DNA of 64,000 nt from an uncultured Eubacteriales bacterium (GCA_964433135.1 CAYSQW010000010.1:15758-79757), one strand, 5' to 3'; shown: positions 48,140 through 56,812, counted from the first letter of the stretch. A program made the numbers and translations. The notes: generated by a model not told the origin, from the letters alone.

Positions 48140-48162
48140 CAATTAATATTTAGGAGGTCATA

Positions 48163-49572
48163 ATGAATCCTCTCTCAATGATTATCTTGATCGGAATCAT
48201 AATTGTCGTAATAGCCCTGATCGCTTTTCTTGTCGCCAAACAGTACAAGAAAGTCGGCCCCAACGAACTGTTGATCATTTCGGGGGGGCGGAAACACACG
48301 ATCGTCGAACCGGACGGAACCAGACGCAAGATCGGCTTCCGCTATCGTGTCGGCGGCGGGACCTTCGTGATGCCGCTGTTGGAAACCGTCGACATCCTGC
48401 CTATCGACATCATCAACCTGACAATCAAAACTCCCGAGGTGCTCACGCACGGAGGAATCCTGATCATGGCGGACGCCGTAGGTCAGGTTAGAGTCAACAC
48501 GGACGAAAATTCCATTCGCTTGGCCGCCCAGCAGTTTCTCGGAACCGGAAAGGAAGGAATCCGTGAAGTCGCGACCACTATCCTCGACGGCAAGATGCGA
48601 GCGGCTATCGGAACCATGTCGGTTCAGGATATTTACCGCGGACGGCAAGATTTTTCAGATAAGGTTATCTCTTCGGTCAAACAGGCTTTTGCCGATATGG
48701 GACTGGACCTGATATCTTTTTCATTAAAAGAGATCAGCGACACGCAGGGCTATCTTGACTCCCTTGGCAAACCCCGGATCGCCGAAGCCAAGCGCGATGC
48801 CGTAATCGCGGAGGCGGAAACCGAGAAAGAATCCATCATCAAATCGTCTCAAGCCCGTAAGGAAGGAGAGGTCGCCCGCTTGAACGCAGACGCCCTCATC
48901 GCCAAAGCCCAATGGGAAAATGAGGCGAAGAAGGCCGAATCCCAGGTTGCGGTAAACCAGAAGAAAGCGCATGCGGACTATGCCTATGAGTTAGAGCGAT
49001 TCCGCCTCAATAAAGAAATAAAGAAAGAAGAAGCCCAAGTTCAACTCATCGAGAAGGAAGAAGCCATCAAGATCGAAGAACTCGAGATCGCGCGCCGGGA
49101 AAAAGAGCTTGAATCCAATGTCATCAAACCGGCCAACGCCCGCAAATATCAGATCAAAGCCGAAGCCGAAGCCGAAGGATTCCGCATCAAGGCCGAAGCT
49201 CAAGGAAAATCCGAAGCCATGAGACTGCACGGCGAAGCCGAAGCCGATCAGGTCAAACAACGAGGACTCGCCGAGGCCGAAGCCATGATGAAAAAAGCTC
49301 AGGCCTGGGAAAAATACAATCAGGCCGCGCTTTTCGACACCTATCTCAATGCCCTGCCGGAACTGGCCAAAGCCGTGGCCGAGCCTCTCTCCAAGATCGA
49401 CAAGATCGTGCTCGTGGGCGGCGACAAGGGGACCGGCGCCACCAAAATCACGGGACAAGTAGCTGATGTTCTGGCTCAAATGCCTGATGTCGTCAAGTCC
49501 TTGACAGGAGTCGACCTGAAGAAATACCTCAAATCAAAACTCTCGCCGGAAAAAAAGACCGAAGACGAATAA
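48163..49572 (+). CDS. Flotillin-like SPFH/band-7 protein
   Basis: N-terminal membrane hairpin, an SPFH domain, and a long Ala/Glu-rich coiled coil (AEAEAEGFRIKAEAQGKSEAMRLHGEAEA). 469 aa. Confidence 0.88.
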   Translation: MNPLSMIILIGIIIVVIALIAFLVAKQYKKVGPNELLIISGGRKHTIVEPDGTRRKIGFRYRVGGGTFVMPLLETVDILPIDIINLTIKTPEVLTHGGILIMADAVGQVRVNTDENSIRLAAQQFLGTGKEGIREVATTILDGKMRAAIGTMSVQDIYRGRQDFSDKVISSVKQAFADMGLDLISFSLKEISDTQGYLDSLGKPRIAEAKRDAVIAEAETEKESIIKSSQARKEGEVARLNADALIAKAQWENEAKKAESQVAVNQKKAHADYAYELERFRLNKEIKKEEAQVQLIEKEEAIKIEELEIARREKELESNVIKPANARKYQIKAEAEAEGFRIKAEAQGKSEAMRLHGEAEADQVKQRGLAEAEAMMKKAQAWEKYNQAALFDTYLNALPELAKAVAEPLSKIDKIVLVGGDKGTGATKITGQVADVLAQMPDVVKSLTGVDLKKYLKSKLSPEKKTEDE

Positions 49573-49593
49573 TGCTCGTCCGAGAAAAATCCA

Positions 49594-51957
49594 ATGATTG
49601 TATCAGACAAAGCAAACCAAATCGGTGAATCGCCCACTTTCAAGGTGACCGCCAAAGCCAAGGCGATGAAGGCCGCCGGGATCGATGTTGTCGATCTCAG
49701 CGTCGGAGAGCCTGATTTCCCTACGCCGGCCAACGTAAAAGCCGCCGGAGTCAAAGCCATCGAGGAAAACTTCACCAAATACACGCAGTCTGACGGAATC
49801 CCCCAACTCAAGGATGCCGTCATCACGCGAATGAAGGAAGATTTGGGATTAGAATATCAAAGAAACGAGATTCTCATTTCTTCCGGAGCAAAAAGCTCCC
49901 TGTTCCATCTCGTCCAGTCACTGATCAACGAAGGCGACGAAGTCATCGTGCCCGCCCCTTATTGGGTGACCTATCCTCATGTGGTTTCACTGGCCAAGGG
50001 AAAGTCGGTTTTCGTTCCCACCAAAGAAGAGAACGGATTTCAAATCACTCCCGACCAACTGCGTGCCGCCATCACGCCGGCCACCAAGGCGATCATCCTC
50101 AATAATCCCTCGAATCCCACCGGCGCCGCCTACAAGCGGCACGAACTGGAGGCGCTGGCGGACGTCATCATGGAAGAAGATATCTTCGTGATCGCCGATG
50201 AGATCTACGAAAAGCTCGTTTATGACGATTTTCATTTCGTCAGTTTCGCGGCTCTCGGAGAGGAGATCAAAAAGAGAACCGCCATTATCAACGGCGTGTC
50301 CAAAGCCTATGCCATGACGGGTTGGCGTATCGGTTTCGCGGCCGGACCCGCGGAGATTATCGGCGCCATGTCCCGAATCCAGAGTCACACGACATCCAAC
50401 GCCTGCTCCATCTCACAGAAGGCAAGCCTGGAAGCTCTCCATGGGCCTCAGCATGATATTTCCAAGATGACTTCGGAATTTCAGCGCCGTCGGAACTACG
50501 TCAGCATGCGGCTGCAGTCCATTCCCGACATCTCCTGCTATAAATCTCACGGAGCTTTTTATCTGTTCCCCAATGTCTCCGCCTACTACGAAAAAGAGTT
50601 CAATAATACCCCCTTGAGAAATTCCTACGGGATGGCCTATTACCTGCTTAAAGAAGCTCGGGTCGCCATCGTTCCGGGAGATGCTTTCGGCGCGGACAAA
50701 TACATCCGAATTTCCTATGCCACATCCATGGAAAAGCTGGAAAAAGGCATGGACCGGATCATCGACGGATTAAGCCGCCTGAAAACCGCTAAAAAGGTCA
50801 AACGCGTAAATCTCAACAATACGGTTACCCACCATAAGAAATCGGTTCCCGTGGATTCCGACGTCTCCATCAAAATGCGGGATGCTTTGGTGGCGGAAGT
50901 CGAGAGTCACCTGGGCTATGAAAATTATTTCGAATGGAACGCCAATATCAACGGGGTGATCGTTCAACTTCGAACCAACATCCCTCACCTCTACGATTTT
51001 TGGGTGGAAAACTGGTATCCGGCCCAATTGGAGGCCGACCTGGAACCTCACGGCATCATCTACGCCATAGATCACATAGCGGGTCGGGAACCGCGCGCCT
51101 TCTACAATTCCGAAACCAAAACCGGGATCCTCATCAACACGGATAACTACGCTCCGCTGCGCAGCCTGGCCCTCGGGCTGGTGATGGACGTCTCCGAGCG
51201 ATTGTTCAACGTTCACGCCGTTCGCGGTATGTCGGCCGATATCGATTCTCAGGGAGTCCTCCTGATCGGACCGAAGGGAACAAAAAAAACCGAACTGTTT
51301 TACGGGCTGTTGCTGGAATCTCGTTTCCGCCTTCATGCCAACGACCTCGCTTTCGTTCGTTTTTCCGGCAAGAATGCGTTGGCGGATTCTCCGGAGAGAA
51401 AACTCTTTATGCCCACCAATACGGTGAAAAGCTATTCGGCCTATGCCTCACTGTTTGATTCCAGCAAATGCGAGAACGTCATCACTCGTAAGGAAGATTG
51501 CCAGAACGAAAAATGCCTGCAGGGAGACGACTGCCGTCTGGACCGGGGTTCGCCGTTCTGCTACACCGCGTTGAAAGACAGTTACGCCATGCTCGATCCA
51601 TACTGGATCCGGGGACCGGAAAAACACACCAAACGCACATCGCTGCGCTGGGTATTCATCCTTCGCAACGATAATGTATCCCCGCCCTTCGTGGAGATGG
51701 AGACCGAGGATGCCTTGCGCATTCTCGAATACGGAGAGAGCATCGGCTCGACAAGATCCGTCGGCCCGATGAAAAACAATCCCTTTTTCAATCCTCATCT
51801 CCTGGTTGCAACACCGGAAAGATTGGAGTTCCATCGACAATTTTTCCGTCAGCTGTTGGACAACACCCGGTGCTTCCTTTTCAACAGCGGTGTCGCGGGC
51901 GCCGACGTGCTCAAGAAGATTCTTATCGGAGAAGAGGAGACCGGAAAACGACTTTAG
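49594..51957 (+). CDS. Class I (aspartate-type) aminotransferase fused to a C-terminal degenerate PEPCK/HprK-like P-loop domain
   Basis: aa 1 to about 395: LSVGEPDFPTP, NPSNPTG, and SKAYAMTGWRIGF with the PLP lysine. aa about 400-787 aligns by eye to the neighbouring PEPCK (TDNY/TDYM, VHAV/LHAG, GVLLIGPKGTKKTE/GVFLFGLSATGKST, ENVI) but lacks the KKG lysines and has an atypical Walker A. Confidence 0.8.
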   Translation: MIVSDKANQIGESPTFKVTAKAKAMKAAGIDVVDLSVGEPDFPTPANVKAAGVKAIEENFTKYTQSDGIPQLKDAVITRMKEDLGLEYQRNEILISSGAKSSLFHLVQSLINEGDEVIVPAPYWVTYPHVVSLAKGKSVFVPTKEENGFQITPDQLRAAITPATKAIILNNPSNPTGAAYKRHELEALADVIMEEDIFVIADEIYEKLVYDDFHFVSFAALGEEIKKRTAIINGVSKAYAMTGWRIGFAAGPAEIIGAMSRIQSHTTSNACSISQKASLEALHGPQHDISKMTSEFQRRRNYVSMRLQSIPDISCYKSHGAFYLFPNVSAYYEKEFNNTPLRNSYGMAYYLLKEARVAIVPGDAFGADKYIRISYATSMEKLEKGMDRIIDGLSRLKTAKKVKRVNLNNTVTHHKKSVPVDSDVSIKMRDALVAEVESHLGYENYFEWNANINGVIVQLRTNIPHLYDFWVENWYPAQLEADLEPHGIIYAIDHIAGREPRAFYNSETKTGILINTDNYAPLRSLALGLVMDVSERLFNVHAVRGMSADIDSQGVLLIGPKGTKKTELFYGLLLESRFRLHANDLAFVRFSGKNALADSPERKLFMPTNTVKSYSAYASLFDSSKCENVITRKEDCQNEKCLQGDDCRLDRGSPFCYTALKDSYAMLDPYWIRGPEKHTKRTSLRWVFILRNDNVSPPFVEMETEDALRILEYGESIGSTRSVGPMKNNPFFNPHLLVATPERLEFHRQFFRQLLDNTRCFLFNSGVAGADVLKKILIGEEETGKRL

Positions 51958-52097
51958 CCCGGGATCGGATCGACGCCTCAAACACGGCGGGAGGGCCTGA
52001 CAATATCGGGAGGAATAATGCATAATAATAATTTAAGTCCCTATTTCAGGCCCGATATTATGCCGTGTAAAAAATCCGTATAGAGAGAACGAGACCC

Positions 52098-53933
52098 ATG
52101 AGTACACAAGACATATATAACCTGGACGCATACAAGGACTTTTCCAAAAAGCTTAAGGAGGTTCTTAAAGGCCCCAACATACGGACCGTTGACATGAAAT
52201 GGCTGGAGCCCCGTTCCAAGGCCACCGGCGTTCGGACCAAATACGGGTCCTACGGATGGCGGGCCGCGATCTCCAGCCGGATCGCGCCCAAAACCGTTTA
52301 CCTGGGAAGCGAAGATGTTCGCATGTCCGATCCGACGCCGGTACAGAAATCCATCATCGCCAATGCTCCCCAGGAATTAGAAAAAGTGCTTCATCTGATG
52401 AAAACGCTGCCGTTCGTCCACATCCGCCGCCGGATGGGTGAGAACGACGTATACAATCCGCTCTGCGATCTGTATGTTTCCGAAGCGGACCTGATCAATA
52501 ACCGCCTTGCATATATGTGGGGCACCACCATGTTCAAACCCGGAAAGCGCCCAGGCCCTCAATTCACAATGATCCATATCCCTGAAGAACACCCCCTTAG
52601 GCAGCAGGTTCTGGTCATGCCCGAGCAGAACATCAACATCGCGCTGGGAACGGATTACATGGGAGAGGACAAGAAGGGATTCCTGCGTCAGGCCATGTGG
52701 GCCGCCGACCAGGAAGGGATGCTGGGACTGCATGCCGGCACCAAGATCGTTACGGCCCTCGGGCCCGACAACAAACTCAAAACCTATGGAGTCTTCCTTT
52801 TCGGACTTTCCGCCACCGGGAAGTCCACGTGGTCATGCCACCAGCTTGGTTTGGACTACAAGCGCGGCGAAAAAACCTTGGTCACTCAGGACGATATCTG
52901 CTTTCTTCGCAAAGACGGGTCGGCGTTTGGATCGGAAAACAACTTTTTCGTCAAAACCGATGTCGAACAAAAATACCAGGAAGCGATGTACAACGCGCTG
53001 ATCGATAAGTCGGCCCTGTTCGAAAATGTGATCATCAAATCCAACGGAGAACTCGATTTCCTGGACGAAAGCCTGACCGCCAACGGAAGAGCGGTCCTGC
53101 AACGGCGCAAGCTGCGGGTCAACATCAAGGGACGTATGGTCCCCATCTTTTCCAAATCCATCAATCTTCCTCCCTTGGAAGAGCTCGACGGCTTGGTCTT
53201 CGCTTTTATCACACGCCGCCACACCATCATGAGCTTCGCCCAGGAGCTGACGCCTGAACAGGCGGTCCTGGCTTATCTCTGGGGAGAAAGCACGCACAGC
53301 TATGCCAGCCAGCCGCTCAAGGCGGGAGAGTCGGTACGCATCGTCGGAACCGACCCCTTCATCGTCGGCTCTCGGGCGAAAAAAGTGAACCGCCTTTATG
53401 AGATCATCATGACGCTCGCCAGCAACTATCCTGACAAGCTCAAATGCATGCAGTACAACACAGGGGGCATGGGAGAGATCATCGAAACCCTGGAAGAGAA
53501 CGGCAAACGGAAAAAGCGTCTGGTGCGGAAAGTCGAACGCGTTCCCATCAGCCTGATGGCGCAAATCCAGCGCGGCGACCTCCGGGGAGCCAACCAATAC
53601 GAAAAAGGGAAGCTGGGAACCAGACAGATCGTCAGCGCCGAAGGCAAGTCACTGGATGAATGGGACGCCCGCAAATATTATTCCGACGCCAAGATTCAGG
53701 AATACATCCATGATCTCGTAGAAGGGCGCCGGGAATATACCGAGGAGATCGCGAAGGAAGGCTTGCGGGATGAGGTTCTTTATGCCGCTGAGAGATCCTT
53801 CCGGATTGATCAAACCGCCGGAAAATCTTCGGTCGCGGTTCCGGAAGCACCTTCCGTCGATGAGGAAAAACAGCCGGTCATCTGGAATACGAAATCCCGG
53901 CCTCGACGCGACGGCTTCCGTCGTTCACGCTGA
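52098..53933 (+). CDS. pckA: Phosphoenolpyruvate carboxykinase (ATP), divergent, with C-terminal extension
   Basis: GTDYMGEDKKG...LHAG...FGLSATGKST...TQDD...NGRAVL...YNTGGMG parallels the E. coli PckA motifs as I recall them (GGEMKKG, H232, GLSGTGKTT, GDDEHGW, NTR, NTGWNG). About 70 aa of extra C-terminus end in a basic tail. Confidence 0.85.
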   Translation: MSTQDIYNLDAYKDFSKKLKEVLKGPNIRTVDMKWLEPRSKATGVRTKYGSYGWRAAISSRIAPKTVYLGSEDVRMSDPTPVQKSIIANAPQELEKVLHLMKTLPFVHIRRRMGENDVYNPLCDLYVSEADLINNRLAYMWGTTMFKPGKRPGPQFTMIHIPEEHPLRQQVLVMPEQNINIALGTDYMGEDKKGFLRQAMWAADQEGMLGLHAGTKIVTALGPDNKLKTYGVFLFGLSATGKSTWSCHQLGLDYKRGEKTLVTQDDICFLRKDGSAFGSENNFFVKTDVEQKYQEAMYNALIDKSALFENVIIKSNGELDFLDESLTANGRAVLQRRKLRVNIKGRMVPIFSKSINLPPLEELDGLVFAFITRRHTIMSFAQELTPEQAVLAYLWGESTHSYASQPLKAGESVRIVGTDPFIVGSRAKKVNRLYEIIMTLASNYPDKLKCMQYNTGGMGEIIETLEENGKRKKRLVRKVERVPISLMAQIQRGDLRGANQYEKGKLGTRQIVSAEGKSLDEWDARKYYSDAKIQEYIHDLVEGRREYTEEIAKEGLRDEVLYAAERSFRIDQTAGKSSVAVPEAPSVDEEKQPVIWNTKSRPRRDGFRRSR

Positions 53934-53949
53934 ACGCAACGACCTGCGA

Positions 53950-54522
53950 CTATATGCTTTCCGTGTACAGCCTTTCTTCCACTTCCTGTGCCAACAAATG
54001 CAGCAGCAGCAGATGAACCTCCTGGATTCGTGGGGTTTCCCGGCTGGGAACGACCAGAACGTGATCCGCGAGTTTCCGCAGGTTCTTCCCCCGCTCCCCA
54101 GTAAAGGCAACGGTTTTCATTTTTCGCCGTCTGGCCGATCGCAGCGCCGTCAATATATTGGGAGACGCGCCGCTGGTTGACAGCGCCAGGGCCAAATCAC
54201 CGCTGTCTCCCAAGGCCTCCACCTGGCGGCTGAAGACCTCATCATAAGAGACATCGTTTGCAATCGAGGTTATGGCTGCGGTGTCGGTCGTCAAGGATAC
54301 TGCCCGGTACGCCGGACTCGGTTTCAGGAACTTGTTGACAAGCTCCGCGGCAAAATGCTGAGCCTGAGACGCGCTTCCTCCGTTCCCGAATACCAGCACT
54401 TTTTTTCCGGAGGAAAGCACATCGCACGTCAAACGGATGACGGTTTCAAGCGATTCGCTCTGCTCCGGAAAGAATGCCCTCATGATCTGTTCCAATTCAT
54501 CAACGATCCGTGTATATTTCAT
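53950..54522 (-). CDS. gmhA: D-sedoheptulose-7-phosphate isomerase (SIS domain)
   Basis: KVLVFGNGGSASQAQHFAAELV and STSGASPN motifs. 190 aa. Confidence 0.88.
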   Translation of the reverse strand: MKYTRIVDELEQIMRAFFPEQSESLETVIRLTCDVLSSGKKVLVFGNGGSASQAQHFAAELVNKFLKPSPAYRAVSLTTDTAAITSIANDVSYDEVFSRQVEALGDSGDLALALSTSGASPNILTALRSARRRKMKTVAFTGERGKNLRKLADHVLVVPSRETPRIQEVHLLLLHLLAQEVEERLYTESI

Positions 54523-54606
54523 CTTTTCACCTTTTCATGATCCGGCTTTTCCCACAAGACGGAAGATATCCACGAACTCGGGAAATCATGCAAGCCTCGA
54601 GGTCCG

Positions 54607-55344
54607 TCAAGCATTTCTTTTCCCGGCATCGACGGGTTTTCTTCCCTCAAGCCCGGATTGGATTATATCCCTGATCTTCTTGCTGAGAACAAGCACATCT
54701 TCTTCACCCAATCCATTGACCGGAACCGGGTCGTGGAAACAGACCGAGACTGTCCCTTTTTTTATATGAGAACTCCCTCTCGGCATGAGTTCAAAAGTGC
54801 CGTCGATACTGACCGGAACGATTCGGGCGCCGCTGTTTACCGCCAGATAAAATCCGCCGCGGCGAAACCGTTGGAGCCTACCGTCCCGGCTTCTCGTCCC
54901 TTCCGGAAAAACCAGGAAAGAATCACCATGCTCCGTGATCCTAACAACGGCCTTTTCGATGCTTTCCATCCCCCGCTTGCTGCCGCTTCGGTCAACGGCC
55001 ACGAAGCGGATACACCGCATAGCCGTACTTAAGATCGGAACCTTGAACAATTCTTGTTTTACAATGGAACGTACGGGCCGTGCAAAGAGTGAAAAGACGA
55101 GGGGACCGTCAAGGTTGCTCACATGATTGCTGATGTAGATGGTAGGTTCCCCGTCATCTTCCCGCAGCTGTCCGGTAACGTCGATTCTGATCCCCAAGAC
55201 CTTCAATCCCACCCGAACCACCCACCTTCCCATATAGTAAACCGGCCGTTCCCATCGAAATAATCCGGAAAGAAAAAGCATCGGCATAAAAAGAAAAAGG
55301 GGGAGCAGTAGAATCAGAAAGAGTGCGGCATATCGCATACGCAT
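54607..55344 (-). CDS. plsC: 1-acyl-sn-glycerol-3-phosphate acyltransferase
   Basis: N-terminal TM helix, HX4D motif NHVSNLDG, FPEGTRS motif. 245 aa. Confidence 0.88.
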   Translation of the reverse strand: MRMRYAALFLILLLPLFLFMPMLFLSGLFRWERPVYYMGRWVVRVGLKVLGIRIDVTGQLREDDGEPTIYISNHVSNLDGPLVFSLFARPVRSIVKQELFKVPILSTAMRCIRFVAVDRSGSKRGMESIEKAVVRITEHGDSFLVFPEGTRSRDGRLQRFRRGGFYLAVNSGARIVPVSIDGTFELMPRGSSHIKKGTVSVCFHDPVPVNGLGEEDVLVLSKKIRDIIQSGLEGRKPVDAGKRNA

Positions 55345-55356
55345 GATAGGGATCAG

Positions 55357-55365
55357 ATTATAGCA
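55357..55365 (-). promoter_or_regulatory. Candidate extended -10 promoter (TGCTATAAT) for plsC with very short leader
   Basis: The minus strand reads TGCTATAAT. The plsC ATG (55344) lies 12 nt downstream of the hexamer with no SD. Confidence 0.3.
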
Positions 55366-55425
55366 CAGAAGGGGAATCTTAAGGCAAGGGGATAGAGGAA
55401 AAATCCATTAAAATATCCAGGCCGG

Positions 55426-55977
55426 TCACGTGCCCGGATCCGATGATCTGGGTCCACGCAGCCAGGATCCGTTCATGTTGATGAGATCATTCTTGAAATC
55501 GGACATGTTTCTCACAATATACCATCCGGAGATCGGATTATTGGGATCGTAAACCCATCCGTCCTCCTCACCGCCGCGTCCCCTCGAAGCGACAATGACA
55601 TCATCCGCTCCGACTTCAGCCGCTTCGATGTCATAAACCCCAGACACAGCCGAGCCCGAGTAAACCAGGAACGAATTCCCCCACTGGTCGCTGATGGGGC
55701 AGCTCTTGATATACACCGGAACAATGGCGGCGGCAAAGACGCTTCCCGCTTGAAGGGCGCCGGCTTGGCTTCCCGAATCAGGCGCCTCTCCGTTATCCGT
55801 GGAGTAATCGACGGCGGCCGTGATGATGCTGATGATATCTTTCATCGTCTGCTTCTGTTTGGCTTTCTGCATGGCGGGGATCGCATTGGGGATAAGCAAT
55901 GCGGCAAGAATTCCGACGATCGCCACAACGATCAGAAGTTCTATCAACGTGAATCCGTTCGGTCTTTTTTTCGGCAT
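55426..55977 (-). CDS. Type IV pilin / pseudopilin paralog 2 (prepilin N-terminal methylation domain)
   Basis: MPKKRPNG-FTLIELLIVVAIVGILAALLIPNA class III signal peptide. Clear paralog of the upstream pilin along its full length, including the C-terminal DFKNDLINMNGSW. Confidence 0.9.
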   Translation of the reverse strand: MPKKRPNGFTLIELLIVVAIVGILAALLIPNAIPAMQKAKQKQTMKDIISIITAAVDYSTDNGEAPDSGSQAGALQAGSVFAAAIVPVYIKSCPISDQWGNSFLVYSGSAVSGVYDIEAAEVGADDVIVASRGRGGEEDGWVYDPNNPISGWYIVRNMSDFKNDLINMNGSWLRGPRSSDPGT

Positions 55978-56011
55978 GGATCTTCCTTGATTTCGTGTTC
56001 TCGGTCAGATT

Positions 56012-56040
56012 AAAAAAAAGGCGGCGCGAAAAGCGCCGCC
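56012..56040 (-). terminator. Rho-independent terminator between the two pilin genes
   Basis: Perfect 8-bp GC stem GGCGGCGC / GCGCCGCC (56020-56027 / 56033-56040) with a 5-nt loop, followed on the minus strand by T8 (56012-56019). It lies 27 nt after the pilin-1 stop. Confidence 0.8.
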
Positions 56041-56066
56041 TTTTCAACCAATGACCTGCGTTCAGA

Positions 56067-56627
56067 TTAAGTGCCGGAAGCAGCCGTCCTCGGCGCATGG
56101 ACCCATGATCCATTCCAGTTGACCAAGTCGTTTTTAAAATCCTCCATGGAATTCACGACATAAAGACCGGCCTCGGGGTTTGTAGCCACAAAAGTATAGG
56201 CTCCATAAGTGCCGCCGCCGTCAACTCCGTCACGTCCTCTAGACGCGATAACGAAATCGTCAACACCGACCATGGCAGCTTGAATACCGTATGCCCCGGC
56301 TACACCCGTTCCCGTGTACACCATAAATTGAGTGCCCCACTGATCGTTGATCGGACAGATTTTGATGTAAAAGGGAGAGATGTCGGTCAGGAATTCATCG
56401 CCGGCTGCGAGTTCCGCAGCCCTTCCTTCCTGCGGAGCTTCCCCATTGTCGGTTGAATAGTCCGCGCATGCGGTCGCGATGGCCACGATGTCTTTCATGG
56501 TTCCTTTCTGTTTCGCTTTCTGCATAGCGGTAATGGCATTAGGGATAAGCAATGCCGCAAGGATTCCGATGATCGCCACAACGATGAGCAGCTCGATCAG
56601 GGTAAAACCTTTTGCTTTCTTTAGCAT
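56067..56627 (-). CDS. pilA: Type IV major pilin candidate (PilA-like), paralog 1
   Basis: MLKKAKG-FTLIELLIVVAIIGILAALLIPNA. Start placed at ATG 56627, where GGAGG lies 5 nt upstream; the track start 56639 would add MEVN. Located immediately downstream of pilS-pilR and a sigma-54 promoter. Confidence 0.88.
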   Translation of the reverse strand: MLKKAKGFTLIELLIVVAIIGILAALLIPNAITAMQKAKQKGTMKDIVAIATACADYSTDNGEAPQEGRAAELAAGDEFLTDISPFYIKICPINDQWGTQFMVYTGTGVAGAYGIQAAMVGVDDFVIASRGRDGVDGGGTYGAYTFVATNPEAGLYVVNSMEDFKNDLVNWNGSWVHAPRTAASGT

Positions 56628-56692
56628 GTTAACCTCCATTAATTTTCCGGCGATTTTTCTACCGGAATCATTTTTAATTCACTTATATAAAA

Positions 56693-56707
56693 GCAATTTA
56701 CATGCCA
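56693..56707 (-). promoter_or_regulatory. Sigma-54 (-24/-12) promoter of the pilin gene
   Basis: The minus strand reads TGGCATGTAAATTGC, versus the consensus TGGCAC-N5-TTGC, with a single mismatch outside the GG/GC cores. It lies about 65 nt upstream of the pilin ATG and downstream of a sigma-54 enhancer-binding regulator gene. Confidence 0.6.
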
Positions 56708-56812
56708 ATCTTTTACAAGCATAAACACCATATAATCAACAACATATAAACATAAGACTTGATTATGTCGCCTTGATTTAACATTTTATCGTACATGAAT
56801 TGCCAATATTTG

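Larger units (their letters stand above)
55426..56627 (-). repeat. Tandem duplication: two paralogous pilin genes with a period of about 640 bp
   Basis: The two ORFs align end to end. The N-terminal roughly 60 codons are nearly identical at protein level and highly similar at DNA level. Confidence 0.85.

Noticed and set aside
56041-56100. Possible second sigma-54 promoter for pilin paralog 2 inside the 3' end of pilin 1 (minus strand CGGCACTTAATCTGA)
   Set aside because: A GGCAC-like -24 is present, but the -12 position reads CTGA rather than TTGC. It also lies upstream of the strong terminator.
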